Shown in pieces: positions 19,018-28,319 of a stretch of DNA of 64,000 nt. Source of the DNA: an uncultured Lachnospiraceae bacterium (GTDB lineage: Bacteria; Bacillota; Clostridia; Lachnospirales; Lachnospiraceae). Within the stretch, counting starts at the first letter, position 1; every line of letters begins with the position of its first letter. The notes below the pieces were generated by a model. It saw only the letters and a list, made by a program, of their open reading frames with translations, ran no database searches and was not told the origin of the DNA. The position numbers were made by a program, and so were the translations under genes. Where the stretch lies: positions 680-64,679 of the forward strand of contig CAJUCC010000037.1 in NCBI GenBank assembly GCA_910585205.1, written 5' to 3'.

Positions 19018-20508
19018 ATGAAAATTGCGGGACTGGATATAGGGACGACGGGCTGCAAGCTGACGGTGTTTGATGAAGCGGGCCGTTTTCTGAACAAAGC
19101 ATACCGGGACTACCCCATAAGGCGCACATGCGGCGCTCATGAGGTGGACGCCCGGGCGATTCTGGATATGGTGTGGGAAGTGATCCGGGAGATGGCGCGG
19201 GTTTACCCGGATATTGCGGGAATCGGCGTGACCAGTTTCGGGGAAACCTTTGTGGCGGCCGATGCAGAGGGCAATGCGCTGTATCCGGCCATGCTCTACA
19301 CCGATCCGCGGGGAGCGGAGGAATGCGGAGCGCTGGCACGGGAGCCGGGGCGGGAACGGATATTGCATATCACGGGTGTTGATCCGCACGAGATGTACAG
19401 CATTTCCAAAATGATGTGGCTGAAAGCGCATGAACCGGAAGTATACCGGCAGGCGGCGCATCTCTTTTTGATCGAAGACTATGTGGTCTTTCATCTGACG
19501 GGAAAGGCGCAGATCGATTATTCGCTGGCTGCGCGCACGCAGGCGTTTGACATCGGGACGCTGACATGGAGTGACCGGATTCTGGAGACGGCGGGTATAG
19601 ACAAAAACCTGCTGTCCGTCCCGGTTCCCATCGGCACGGCGGCAGGAAAGATATTGACAACCGTGTCGGAAAAAACGGGACTTTCTTCCGACACGATTGT
19701 CGTATCGGTCGGGCACGATCAGGTGGCGGCAGCCATCGGAGCGGGTGTTTTTTCCGCCGATCAGGCGGTGGACGGCGCGGGAACGGTGGAATGCATTACG
19801 CCGGTGTATGACGGCCTGCCGGATCTGGATGTGATGAGCCGCGGGAAATTTGCAGTCGTGCCGTATGTCGTGCCGGGGAAATATGTGTGCTATGCTTTTT
19901 CCTATACGGGCGGCGCGCTGATTCAGTGGTGCGCGGACACGATGGCGAAAAAGGAGAAGGAGCTGGCAGCGCAGGAAGGGATCTCCGTCAACGCGTATCT
20001 GGAGCGGGATTATACACAGCCGACGGGCATACTGGTGCTGCCCCATTTCGCGGGAGCGGCCACTCCGTATATGGACAGCGGTTCCAAAGGTGCGATACTG
20101 GGGCTGGATGCCGGTACGACAACGGCGCAGCTCTATCATGCCTGTATGGAAGGGGTTGTCTATGAAATGCTGGTCAATCTGGAATATCTGCAGCGGTCCG
20201 ACATCCGCATGCTCCATGCTACGGGCGGCGGAGCGCGTTCGGAGATCTGGATGCAAATGAAAGCGGATATGCTGAATATTCCGATTACCGCCCTTGCCAC
20301 CGCGGATGCGGGAACAGTGGGGAGCGCCATGCTGACCGGGATTGCGGCCGGGGTGTTCCGGGATTTGGAAGAGGCGGCGGAGCGCATGGTGGAAAAGACA
20401 AAGGTTTATCAGCCGCGTCCGGAAATGCATCAAAAATACCGGGCGGTTTACGAGCGTTACCGCAGGGTCTATGATGCCGTTCGTCCGCTTATGGAAGCGG
20501 GGCGGTGA
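19018..20508 (+). CDS. FGGY-family carbohydrate kinase (xylulokinase/fuculokinase-like)
   Basis: MKIAGLDIGTTGCKLTVFD at the N-terminus; HATGGGARSEIWMQMKADMLNIP near the C-terminus. GGAGG SD before ATG 19018. Confidence 0.9.
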   Translation: MKIAGLDIGTTGCKLTVFDEAGRFLNKAYRDYPIRRTCGAHEVDARAILDMVWEVIREMARVYPDIAGIGVTSFGETFVAADAEGNALYPAMLYTDPRGAEECGALAREPGRERILHITGVDPHEMYSISKMMWLKAHEPEVYRQAAHLFLIEDYVVFHLTGKAQIDYSLAARTQAFDIGTLTWSDRILETAGIDKNLLSVPVPIGTAAGKILTTVSEKTGLSSDTIVVSVGHDQVAAAIGAGVFSADQAVDGAGTVECITPVYDGLPDLDVMSRGKFAVVPYVVPGKYVCYAFSYTGGALIQWCADTMAKKEKELAAQEGISVNAYLERDYTQPTGILVLPHFAGAATPYMDSGSKGAILGLDAGTTTAQLYHACMEGVVYEMLVNLEYLQRSDIRMLHATGGGARSEIWMQMKADMLNIPITALATADAGTVGSAMLTGIAAGVFRDLEEAAERMVEKTKVYQPRPEMHQKYRAVYERYRRVYDAVRPLMEAGR

Positions 20509-20551
20509 CAGGCAGTCTGTAACGGGAAATAAACAGGGAGGACATTGGGAA

Positions 20552-21517
20552 ATGGAATATGGGAAGATACCCTATGTGGAAAAGGCGGTATCCCGTATTT
20601 TTTACGGGACGGCGATGCCGCCCTTTTCCACGGAAGGCGAAGGGAATGCGCTTCTGGATGCCATATTTGCGCTGGGGATTACGGCGTTTGATACCGCGCG
20701 TGTATATGGGGAAGCGGAGAAAGCGCTGGGAAAGTGGATGGCAGAACGGGGAATGCGGGAGCGGGTGACGATTCTGACAAAATGCGCGCACCCGGATACG
20801 GACTGGACGAAGCGGCTCAGCGAAAAGGAAATACGGGCGGATTTTGCGGTGTCTGCGGAAAATCTGCAGACGGACTATATTGACGTGTATCTGGCACACC
20901 GCGATGATCCGGCGGTGCCGGCCGGGGATGTGGTGGAGATTTTCAATGCCATGCATGCGGAGGGAAAGATCGGCGCTTTCGGCGGTTCCAACTGGACGCA
21001 CGAACGGATTGCGGAGGCAAACGAGTATGCATATAAGCACAATCTGATTCCGTTTAGCGTGTCGAGTCCGAATTTCGGACTGGCGGAGCAGATACGGGAC
21101 ATGTGGGGCGGCGGCGGGCTTGGTATATCGGGACCGGCGCAGCAGGCGGCGCGGGACTGGTATGAGGCGGAGCAGATGCCGGTGATCGCCTATTCCAGTC
21201 TGGGCCGGGGACTTTTTTCCGGCAGGGTAAAGAGCGGTGAGACAGAAAAAGCGGCGGCGGTCATGGATTCCTTTGCGATGAAAGGGTATGCGGATCCGGA
21301 TAATTTCGAACGCCTGCGCCGCTGTGAGGAATTGGCGCGGAAGTACGACCGCAGTGTGCCGCAGATCGCCCTTGCATGGCTGTTCGGGCAAAAGCTGAAT
21401 ACGTTTGCCGTTATCGGCACGGGCAGGCCGGAGCGGATGCGGGAAAATCTGGAGGCGCTTGCAATCCGGCTGACAGAGGACGAACTGCTGTATCTGGATC
21501 TGCAGGGCAGAGGGTAA
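20552..21517 (+). CDS. aldo/keto reductase
   Basis: GGGAGG SD before ATG 20552; the upstream extension in the track overlaps the kinase. FDTARVYGEAEKALG, YLAHRDD, GGSNW and IAYSSLGRG are AKR blocks. Confidence 0.9.
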   Translation: MEYGKIPYVEKAVSRIFYGTAMPPFSTEGEGNALLDAIFALGITAFDTARVYGEAEKALGKWMAERGMRERVTILTKCAHPDTDWTKRLSEKEIRADFAVSAENLQTDYIDVYLAHRDDPAVPAGDVVEIFNAMHAEGKIGAFGGSNWTHERIAEANEYAYKHNLIPFSVSSPNFGLAEQIRDMWGGGGLGISGPAQQAARDWYEAEQMPVIAYSSLGRGLFSGRVKSGETEKAAAVMDSFAMKGYADPDNFERLRRCEELARKYDRSVPQIALAWLFGQKLNTFAVIGTGRPERMRENLEALAIRLTEDELLYLDLQGRG

Positions 21518-21519
21518 TT

Positions 21520-22692
21520 ATGTATATTTCGGAATTTGTAGCGCAGACGGTTGTGGAAGAAATCGGAAGAGAGATCCGGGAAAACGTCAACTTGATGGAT
21601 CAGGAGGGGCGTATTATCGCCAGCACGGATCCGGAGCGCATCGGCACCCTGCATGACGGAGCCAGAAGGGTGATCCGCGAGGGATTGCAGGAGCTGTATA
21701 TCACACCGGATATGGAGACGGCCACCACGAGAAAAGGGATTAATCTGCCCATCGCGGTGCGGGGCGAGACGGTGGGGGTGATCGGCATTACCGGTGAGAA
21801 GGAACGTGTGGCCGGATACGGTAATATTGTACGGCGGATGACGGAGATAATGATCGAAGACAGTCTGCTGCGGGACAAGAGCAGATATGACAGACGTGTC
21901 AGATACCGTTTTATGGAGGAATGGATCGGCAAAGCCGGGGCGGTGTATGACAAAAGTTTTGTGGAGCGGGGGCAGCGCCTCGGAATTGATATTGCGAAAC
22001 CGAGACGGGCGCTCGTCATTCACTTTGCCCGTTATCAGGTATTGTCCGATACGATGGAGGGGCAGCGCCATCTGGAGGAAATGGAGGCGTCAATCCGCCA
22101 TTTTGCGGACAAAGAAAAAGATATGCTCTATCTGCGGGAGCCGCCGCGGCAGATTTGTCTGGTGCGGACATGCCCGGACGGACGGATGCGGGAGCTGGCG
22201 CAGCAGATTATTCAACTGATCCGCAGGAAATACCGCGAGAGCGTACTGGTCGGAATCGATTCCGGCCGGGCCGGCGACAGTCAGATCAGCCATAACTGTG
22301 AGGAGGCGGAGGCGGCTGCGGGAAACTGCCGTGAAGGCGATCGGGAGATTGTATTTTACAAAGAGCTGAACGTGGAGCTGTTTCTGGATGAGGTGGACGG
22401 GGAGACGATGAAAAAGTATGTGGAAAAACTGTTTCCCCATATCGATCTGAAAGAACTGGAATCTTATATGACGATGATCGCGGCATATTTCGAGAATGAC
22501 GGTTCCGTAACCCGGATGGCGGATATGCTCTTTATGCATAAAAATACCGTACAGTATAAGTTGAAAAAACTGGAAACACTTTCCGGCCGTGACATACGTA
22601 CGCCGAAAGGGGCGGCTGTCTATTATATGGCGCTTTCTTTTTACCGGAAACTGTGTGGCAGCGGCGTTTTGGGTCGAAATATGTCGTTATAA
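21520..22692 (+). CDS. CdaR/PucR-type sugar-diacid utilisation regulator
   Basis: N-terminus AQTVVEEIGREIRENVNLMDQEGRIIASTDPERIGTLHDGA is the diacid recognition domain. The C-terminal PucR HTH is LFMHKNTVQYKLKKLETLSGRDIR. Confidence 0.85.
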   Translation: MYISEFVAQTVVEEIGREIRENVNLMDQEGRIIASTDPERIGTLHDGARRVIREGLQELYITPDMETATTRKGINLPIAVRGETVGVIGITGEKERVAGYGNIVRRMTEIMIEDSLLRDKSRYDRRVRYRFMEEWIGKAGAVYDKSFVERGQRLGIDIAKPRRALVIHFARYQVLSDTMEGQRHLEEMEASIRHFADKEKDMLYLREPPRQICLVRTCPDGRMRELAQQIIQLIRRKYRESVLVGIDSGRAGDSQISHNCEEAEAAAGNCREGDREIVFYKELNVELFLDEVDGETMKKYVEKLFPHIDLKELESYMTMIAAYFENDGSVTRMADMLFMHKNTVQYKLKKLETLSGRDIRTPKGAAVYYMALSFYRKLCGSGVLGRNMSL

Positions 22693-22850
22693 CAAAAAAA
22701 CAAAGAAATATATAGTATGAGTAACATTCACAAGGGATTCCGAATATGCTATCGTAAAAAAGAAGTACAAAAAGTCCGGAAAAACGTGCAGCAAACTATA
22801 CATATTGCACAAGTCCGGCAAAACTATACACTTAATAGGAGGGTGAAAGT

Positions 22851-24242
22851 ATGACAGGAATTCCTTTTGTAATCGTTTTTATTCTGGCGATCGTGGTCAT
22901 GATTGTGATGATTAGTAAGTTTAAGATTCATCCGTTTTTGTCCATTATGCTCGTGTCCATGATTCTGGGGCTGATCGGCGGTATTCCGTGGGTGGATACC
23001 ACAGGAGCCGACGGCGAAAAGATCAGCGGCATTGCAAATGTAATCGGAAGCGGCTTTTCTTCGACGTTTACGAGCATCGGCATCGTAATTATTTTCGGCG
23101 CCATGATCGGCAGCTTTCTGGAATCTACAGGGGCAGCGCTCAAACTGGCTGACATGGTTGTCAGGCTGGTCGGGCCGAAACATCCCGAACTGGCGATTGA
23201 GCTGATGGGATGGGTGGTGTCGATCCCGGTTTTCTGCGATTCCGGTTTCGTGGTGCTCAATCCGATTCGTAAGGCTATGGTAAAACGGACGGGCGCTTCT
23301 TCGGTTGCCATGACGGTATGCCTTTCGGCAGGTCTGTATGCGTCGCATGTATTTATCCCGCCGACACCGGGACCGATCGCGGCGGCCAACACACTTGGCG
23401 TGGGAGAACATCTGCTTCTCGTTATGGGCTTCGGCGTGCTGATCTCCATACCCGCGCTGGCCGGCACATATTTCTATGCAAAATTTATCGGCAAAACGAT
23501 CACGGCCACCGATGAAGCAAGCAGCGGTGAGACGGTGCAGAGTTACGAAGAACTGGTTGCCTCTTATGGCAAGCTGCCGGGCGGCCTTATGAGTCTGGCG
23601 CCGATCATCGTTCCGATTATCCTGATGGCGCTTTCGAATGTCTCTTCGATTTTGAAATGGGAAGGCGCTCTGGCAACGGCATGCGCATTCCTGGGTACAC
23701 CGATTATCGCGCTGGCGGTAGGCGTGATTCTGGGTATTATCCTGATGGTGCAGAACGGACTGGCATCGAAATTATATGATCTGACAAATGATACGTTAAA
23801 GACGGTAGGCCCGATTCTGTTCGTTACGGCGGCAGGCGGCGTATTGGGGAAAGTGATTTCTTCCACAAGCCTTGTGAAATTTATCACGGACAATGCATCT
23901 TCTCTGCAGACAATCGGTATTTTCTTCCCGTTCCTGCTGGCGGCAATCCTGAAATCGGCACAGGGATCTTCCACGGTTGCCATTACGACAACGGCAGGCA
24001 TTATGGCGCCTCTGATGGGTGCGTTGGGAATGGGCACACCGGCCATGGCGGCTCTGTGTGTTATGGCGATCGGTGCAGGTGCGATGACAGTATCCCATGC
24101 AAACGATTCTTATTTCTGGGTTGTGACAAACTTCGGCGGTATGACACCGGAACAGGGCTATAAGACGCAGACGGCAGCCACGTTGGTGGAGGGAATCTGT
24201 TCGATTGCGGCAATCTTTGTTTTGTCACTGTTTATCCATTGA
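22851..24242 (+). CDS. GntP-family anion:H+ symporter (gluconate/glycerate-type permease)
   Basis: Polytopic membrane protein of about 460 aa, with a GntP-like N-terminus and the ANDSYFWVV motif near the C-terminus. Confidence 0.9.
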   Translation: MTGIPFVIVFILAIVVMIVMISKFKIHPFLSIMLVSMILGLIGGIPWVDTTGADGEKISGIANVIGSGFSSTFTSIGIVIIFGAMIGSFLESTGAALKLADMVVRLVGPKHPELAIELMGWVVSIPVFCDSGFVVLNPIRKAMVKRTGASSVAMTVCLSAGLYASHVFIPPTPGPIAAANTLGVGEHLLLVMGFGVLISIPALAGTYFYAKFIGKTITATDEASSGETVQSYEELVASYGKLPGGLMSLAPIIVPIILMALSNVSSILKWEGALATACAFLGTPIIALAVGVILGIILMVQNGLASKLYDLTNDTLKTVGPILFVTAAGGVLGKVISSTSLVKFITDNASSLQTIGIFFPFLLAAILKSAQGSSTVAITTTAGIMAPLMGALGMGTPAMAALCVMAIGAGAMTVSHANDSYFWVVTNFGGMTPEQGYKTQTAATLVEGICSIAAIFVLSLFIH

Positions 24243-24352
24243 AAATATGTGCCATTTTGAAGCCGGCGCCGGCAGAAGCGGCGGGCTGATTGATGGGCTC
24301 AGGGCATTGCCATGCGCCGCGGCGCATGGCGTCGGAGCCACGGAGGGAATTT

Positions 24353-25585
24353 ATGAATTTACGGAAAGACGCGGATGAGATAATCGGGGCGGCCATTGCG
24401 GCATCTCTTCCGGACGAAGCGGTAAAAAATGCTTTGCAGGGGCGGGATTTCGGTCAGGGCCGGATCTATATGGTTGCGACGGGGAAAGCCGCCTGGCAGA
24501 TGGCAAAGGCAGCGGCCGACATACTGGGAGAACGGCTGACGGCCGGCGTGGTTGTGACCAAGTACGATCATGTGAAAGGAGAAATTGCGAAGACGAGGTG
24601 CTTTGAAGGCGGGCATCCGGTGCCGGATGCCAATTCTTTTCGGGGAACGGAAGCGGCGCTGGCGCTTACACAGAATCTGCAGCCTGCGGATACGGTATTG
24701 TTTCTGCTCTCGGGCGGCGGCTCCGCTCTGTTTGAAAAGCCGCTGATCTCACAGGAGGAATTGGGGGACATTACGCAGCAGCTTCTCGCCTGCGGTGCGG
24801 ATATTGTGGAGATGAACACGATCCGCAAACGGCTTTCGGGCGTAAAAGGCGGCCGGTTTGCCCTTGCCTGCCAGCCTGCGCAGGTATACAGTATCGTATT
24901 GAGTGATATTCTGGGCGATCCGCTGGATATGATCGCTTCCGGGCCCGCTTATCCGGATTCTTCCGTCTGTGAGGATGCGGTGCGGATTGCCGAAAAGTAC
25001 GGCCTGCGTCTGAGCGTTACGGCGCAGAAACGTTTGCGGGAGGAGACACCGAAACGCCTTGACAACGTGGAGACAAAGATTACGGGCAGTGTGACGGGAC
25101 TGTGCCGTGCGGCGGCCCGTGCGGCCGAAACGCTCGGCTATGAGCCGGTTATTCTGACGGACCAGTTATCGTGCGTTGCACGGGAAGCGGGTGCATTTCT
25201 GGCGGCAATCGCCAAAACCCATCAGAATACCGGAAAAAGTCTGGCCTTTATCGCAGGCGGGGAAACGGTTGTCCATCTGACGGGAAAGGGAAAGGGCGGC
25301 CGCAATCAGGAGCTGGCACTGTCGGCGGCGGAAGGAATCGCCGGACTGGAACAGACGGCCGTATGCAGTGTGGGCAGCGACGGAACGGACGGCCCGACCG
25401 ACGCGGCGGGCGGTTACTGTGACAGTGAAACCAAAGCCCGGCTGGATACGCTGGGAATCCGCATTTACGATGTGCTGCAGGACAACGATGCCTACCATGC
25501 CCTGCAAAAGACCGGCGGCCTGGTGATGACCGGTGCAACCGGGACCAATGTCAATGATGTGGCGGTGCTGCTGATCCGGCGGTAA
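24353..25585 (+). CDS. glycerate 2-kinase (DUF4147/MOFRL family)
   Basis: GGAGGG SD before ATG 24353. GKAAWQMAKAA, FLLSGGGSALFE, GGETVVHLTGKGKGGRNQELAL and TDGTDGPTDAAG are typical of MOFRL glycerate kinases. Confidence 0.85.
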   Translation: MNLRKDADEIIGAAIAASLPDEAVKNALQGRDFGQGRIYMVATGKAAWQMAKAAADILGERLTAGVVVTKYDHVKGEIAKTRCFEGGHPVPDANSFRGTEAALALTQNLQPADTVLFLLSGGGSALFEKPLISQEELGDITQQLLACGADIVEMNTIRKRLSGVKGGRFALACQPAQVYSIVLSDILGDPLDMIASGPAYPDSSVCEDAVRIAEKYGLRLSVTAQKRLREETPKRLDNVETKITGSVTGLCRAAARAAETLGYEPVILTDQLSCVAREAGAFLAAIAKTHQNTGKSLAFIAGGETVVHLTGKGKGGRNQELALSAAEGIAGLEQTAVCSVGSDGTDGPTDAAGGYCDSETKARLDTLGIRIYDVLQDNDAYHALQKTGGLVMTGATGTNVNDVAVLLIRR

Positions 25586-25665
25586 TACGCGGGCAGCACC
25601 GGAGAGAAAAGAACAAACGGTTTACGGATACTTCCGGCGGGGAGCGCAGCGTCTCTGCCGGAAAG

Positions 25666-26343
25666 TCAGAAGAAAGATTTCACAAGGAAAAAGGCCGCGG
25701 GAACGAGCAGCGACGGCAGCATATTCATCGTTTTAAATGATTTGATTTCCAGTATGCTGATACCCGAGGCCGCAATCAGAAAACCACCAATCACTGACAG
25801 TTCTGTCATAAATTCCGGAGAGAAAAAATTTTGCGCATAACCGGCGCACAGATAAATGGCTCCCTGCCAGAGAAACAATACGATGGCGGCGAGTGCAATT
25901 CCGATGCCGTATGTGGAGGCGAGTACCATGGATGTCACGAGATCGAGTGTGCCGTTTGTATACAGATAGGTGTTGTCATGGCGCAATGCGCTCTGAATCG
26001 GTCCGAGAATGGAGAGTGTACCGATACAGAATAAGAGTATGGCTGTGGAAAGTCCCTGGCCGAGGCCGTTGTTTCCCGTGCGCCGCACGAGCTTTTGAAA
26101 TTTCCCGTCAAGGTCCAGACGGTTTCCCAGAAGGCTGCCCGCCGCCAGACTGATAATAAAGAGTACCGGATAGCGGCTGTCCGGCATATTGTTTACAACC
26201 GCGTTGATGCCGATTCCCGCCGCCGCCAGTCCCATTGCGTCAAACATGACTTTCTGCTGTTTTTCACCGATGCTCTTTCGGAACAGACTGCCGGCCGCAC
26301 TTCCGATCAAAATTGCCGCCGTATTATAAAATGTCCCTGTCAT
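25666..26343 (-). CDS. DUF554-family membrane protein
   Basis: GTFYNTAAILIGSAAGSLFRKSIGEK...MGLAAAGIGINAV resembles YdfK/YqgA-type DUF554 proteins. About 6 TM segments. Confidence 0.75.
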   Translation of the reverse strand: MTGTFYNTAAILIGSAAGSLFRKSIGEKQQKVMFDAMGLAAAGIGINAVVNNMPDSRYPVLFIISLAAGSLLGNRLDLDGKFQKLVRRTGNNGLGQGLSTAILLFCIGTLSILGPIQSALRHDNTYLYTNGTLDLVTSMVLASTYGIGIALAAIVLFLWQGAIYLCAGYAQNFFSPEFMTELSVIGGFLIAASGISILEIKSFKTMNMLPSLLVPAAFFLVKSFF

Positions 26344-26467
26344 AAAAAATCCCCTTTTCATCCGTATATTTTTGAGTCATATGCTATATTATAATTATTT
26401 TATAAAATTAAGAAAAGCTTTTTTCGAAATTCTCCGATAAATATATGCGAGAGAGGAGATGTTGTCC

Positions 26468-27427
26468 ATGATTTATACGCTTACACTGAATCCTTCGCTG
26501 GATTATATTGTATCGGTACCCGATTTCACTCTGGGAAAAACCAACCGCACCGCCGCAGAGCAGATGCTGCCCGGCGGCAAAGGAATTAATGTATCGACCG
26601 TATTGCGCAGTCTGGGAATGGAAAGCACGGCGCTTGGGTTTGCCGCCGGATTTGTGGGAGAGGAAATTCTGCGCCGCAGCGCGGCACTTGGCGTGCACAC
26701 GGACTTTATCCGCCTGCACCGGGGGAATTCCCGCATCAATGTCAAATTGAAAAATTATGACGGAACGGAGATCAATGCAAAGGGTCCCGAAGTTCCGGCA
26801 CAAGCGCTGACACAGCTTTCCTGCAGACTCGACAGTCTGGAGGCGGGGGATGTGCTGGTGCTGGCAGGCAGCATTCCGGGCGGACTGCCGGATGCACTGT
26901 ACGGGCAGATAACGGAAAAGCTGGCCGGACGGGGAATTTTGTGTATTGTGGACGCCGCAGGCGGGCAATTAACAGGCGTGCTGCCGCACCGGCCGTTTCT
27001 GATTAAACCCAATCGCGACGAACTGGGCGCGCTGTTTGGCGTAACACTCCGCACGAGGGCGGATGTGATCCCGTATGCAAAGCGTCTGCAGGATATGGGG
27101 GCCGTCAATGTGCTCGTATCCATGTCGGGAGAGGGCGCCGTGCTGGCGGATGAGACGGGCGTGATACACGAAAGCCCGGCAGCGGAAGGGACACTGGTCA
27201 ATGCGGTGGGAGCCGGCGACTCGATGGTGGCCGGGTTTCTGGCAGGCTGGCTCTCCGAGCGGTCGTATCACCATGCTTTTCTGATGGGGCTGGCGGCGGG
27301 AAGCGCGAGCGCTTTTTCGGAAAATCTGGCGTCTGCCGCCGAAACGGAAAGGATTTATCGGGAACTGACAGGGGCGCAGAACCGACGGGCAAAAGAGGCG
27401 GAGGAACATTTTTTGAGAAAAAACTAA
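26468..27427 (+). CDS. 1-phosphofructokinase-family (PfkB) hexose-phosphate kinase
   Basis: MIYTLTLNPSLDY start; PGGKGINVS; C-terminal NAVGAGDSMVAGF. ATG 26468 has better SD spacing than 26459. Confidence 0.85.
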   Translation: MIYTLTLNPSLDYIVSVPDFTLGKTNRTAAEQMLPGGKGINVSTVLRSLGMESTALGFAAGFVGEEILRRSAALGVHTDFIRLHRGNSRINVKLKNYDGTEINAKGPEVPAQALTQLSCRLDSLEAGDVLVLAGSIPGGLPDALYGQITEKLAGRGILCIVDAAGGQLTGVLPHRPFLIKPNRDELGALFGVTLRTRADVIPYAKRLQDMGAVNVLVSMSGEGAVLADETGVIHESPAAEGTLVNAVGAGDSMVAGFLAGWLSERSYHHAFLMGLAAGSASAFSENLASAAETERIYRELTGAQNRRAKEAEEHFLRKN

Positions 27428-27450
27428 AGTCTGACACAAAAATACCGATA
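27424..27450 (+). promoter_or_regulatory. sigma-D (sigma-28)-type promoter upstream of flgM
   Basis: TAAA (27424-27427), 15-nt spacer, ACCGATAC (27443-27450), against the consensus TAAA-N15-GCCGATAT. Confidence 0.55.
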
Positions 27451-27500
27451 CTTATAGTGAGCAAATGATTACGCAGGTGATCCATGGAAGGAGGAATTTT

Positions 27501-27776
27501 ATGCGTATCGAGACATATAATCAGGTGCAGCAGCTTTATCGGGCCAATAAGACCGTAAAGACAGGAAAAACAGAAAAGGGGAGCTTTTCTGACCAGCTGC
27601 ATATCTCTGACATGGGGAAAGACATTCAGTCGGTAAAGCAGGCAATGGCAAATGTGCCTGACATCAGAGAAGAGATAACAGAGCCTTTGAAACACGCGGT
27701 ACAGAGCGGGACATATCAGGTCAGCGAGGACAGCTTTGCCGCCAGGCTTTTCCAGAAATATAATGAAATGAGGTAA
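27501..27776 (+). CDS. flgM: anti-sigma-28 factor FlgM
   Basis: GGAAGGAGG SD. Small protein with a C-terminal KHAVQSGTYQVSEDSFAARL helix typical of FlgM; position directly before flgN-flgK. Confidence 0.8.
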   Translation: MRIETYNQVQQLYRANKTVKTGKTEKGSFSDQLHISDMGKDIQSVKQAMANVPDIREEITEPLKHAVQSGTYQVSEDSFAARLFQKYNEMR

Positions 27777-27781
27777 TTCCG

Positions 27782-28300
27782 GTGGCAAGTCTGATAGAAA
27801 ACTTAGTTTCGGTTTTGGAACAGGAAAATTCAGAATATGAAATTCTGCTGGAATTATCAAGGAAGAAAACGCCTGTAATCGTAAAAGGGGATATTGTACG
27901 GCTGCAGGAAATCACGGATGAGGAACAGAACATTATCGACAGGATCTATCATCTCGAAAAGAAGCGGGAGGAACACATCCACGATATTGCTGATGTTATC
28001 AACAGGGACGTTGGACAACTGAAACTGGAAAATCTGATTCAGATGCTGGATAAAAGCCCCCGGGAACAGAGGATGCTGGCAGAAGTACATGATAAGCTCC
28101 ATGTTACCATTTCTCAGATGCAGAGCATTAATGCACAAAACAGAGAATTACTGACGGGAGCGCTGGAGATGGTGGAGTTCGATCTGAATCTTTTTCAGTC
28201 GATGCGCAGAGCGCCGGAAACAGCCAATTATAACAAAGGCGCGTACAATGCAGGCAATATCATGGGCGTTGATGCAGGACGCTTTGATGCGAAGCAATAG
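27782..28300 (+). CDS. flgN: FlgN-family flagellar export chaperone
   Basis: GTG start. All-helical, about 170 aa; LEQENSEYEILLELSRKK...LQEITDEEQ matches the FlgN pattern, and so does the position between flgM and flgK. Confidence 0.75.
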   Translation: MASLIENLVSVLEQENSEYEILLELSRKKTPVIVKGDIVRLQEITDEEQNIIDRIYHLEKKREEHIHDIADVINRDVGQLKLENLIQMLDKSPREQRMLAEVHDKLHVTISQMQSINAQNRELLTGALEMVEFDLNLFQSMRRAPETANYNKGAYNAGNIMGVDAGRFDAKQ

Positions 28301-28319
28301 TTGATAAAGAGGTGATAGT

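Noticed and set aside
20342-20551. N-terminal extensions proposed by the ORF track for several genes: 20342 (AKR), 21376 (CdaR), 24290 (glycerate kinase), 10956 (ADH), 45001 (rplK), 45514 (rplA) and 48769 (CapA-like).
   Set aside because: The extensions overlap the preceding gene or a leader and translate to Arg/Cys-rich nonsense. In each case an internal ATG with a well-spaced GGAGG-type SD begins the conserved protein sequence.
26433-26440. TCCGATAA upstream of the PfkB kinase gene, considered as another sigma-D -10 box.
   Set aside because: There is no TAAA-like -35 at the correct spacing, and the gene has no flagellar connection. It is a 6 of 8 match only.
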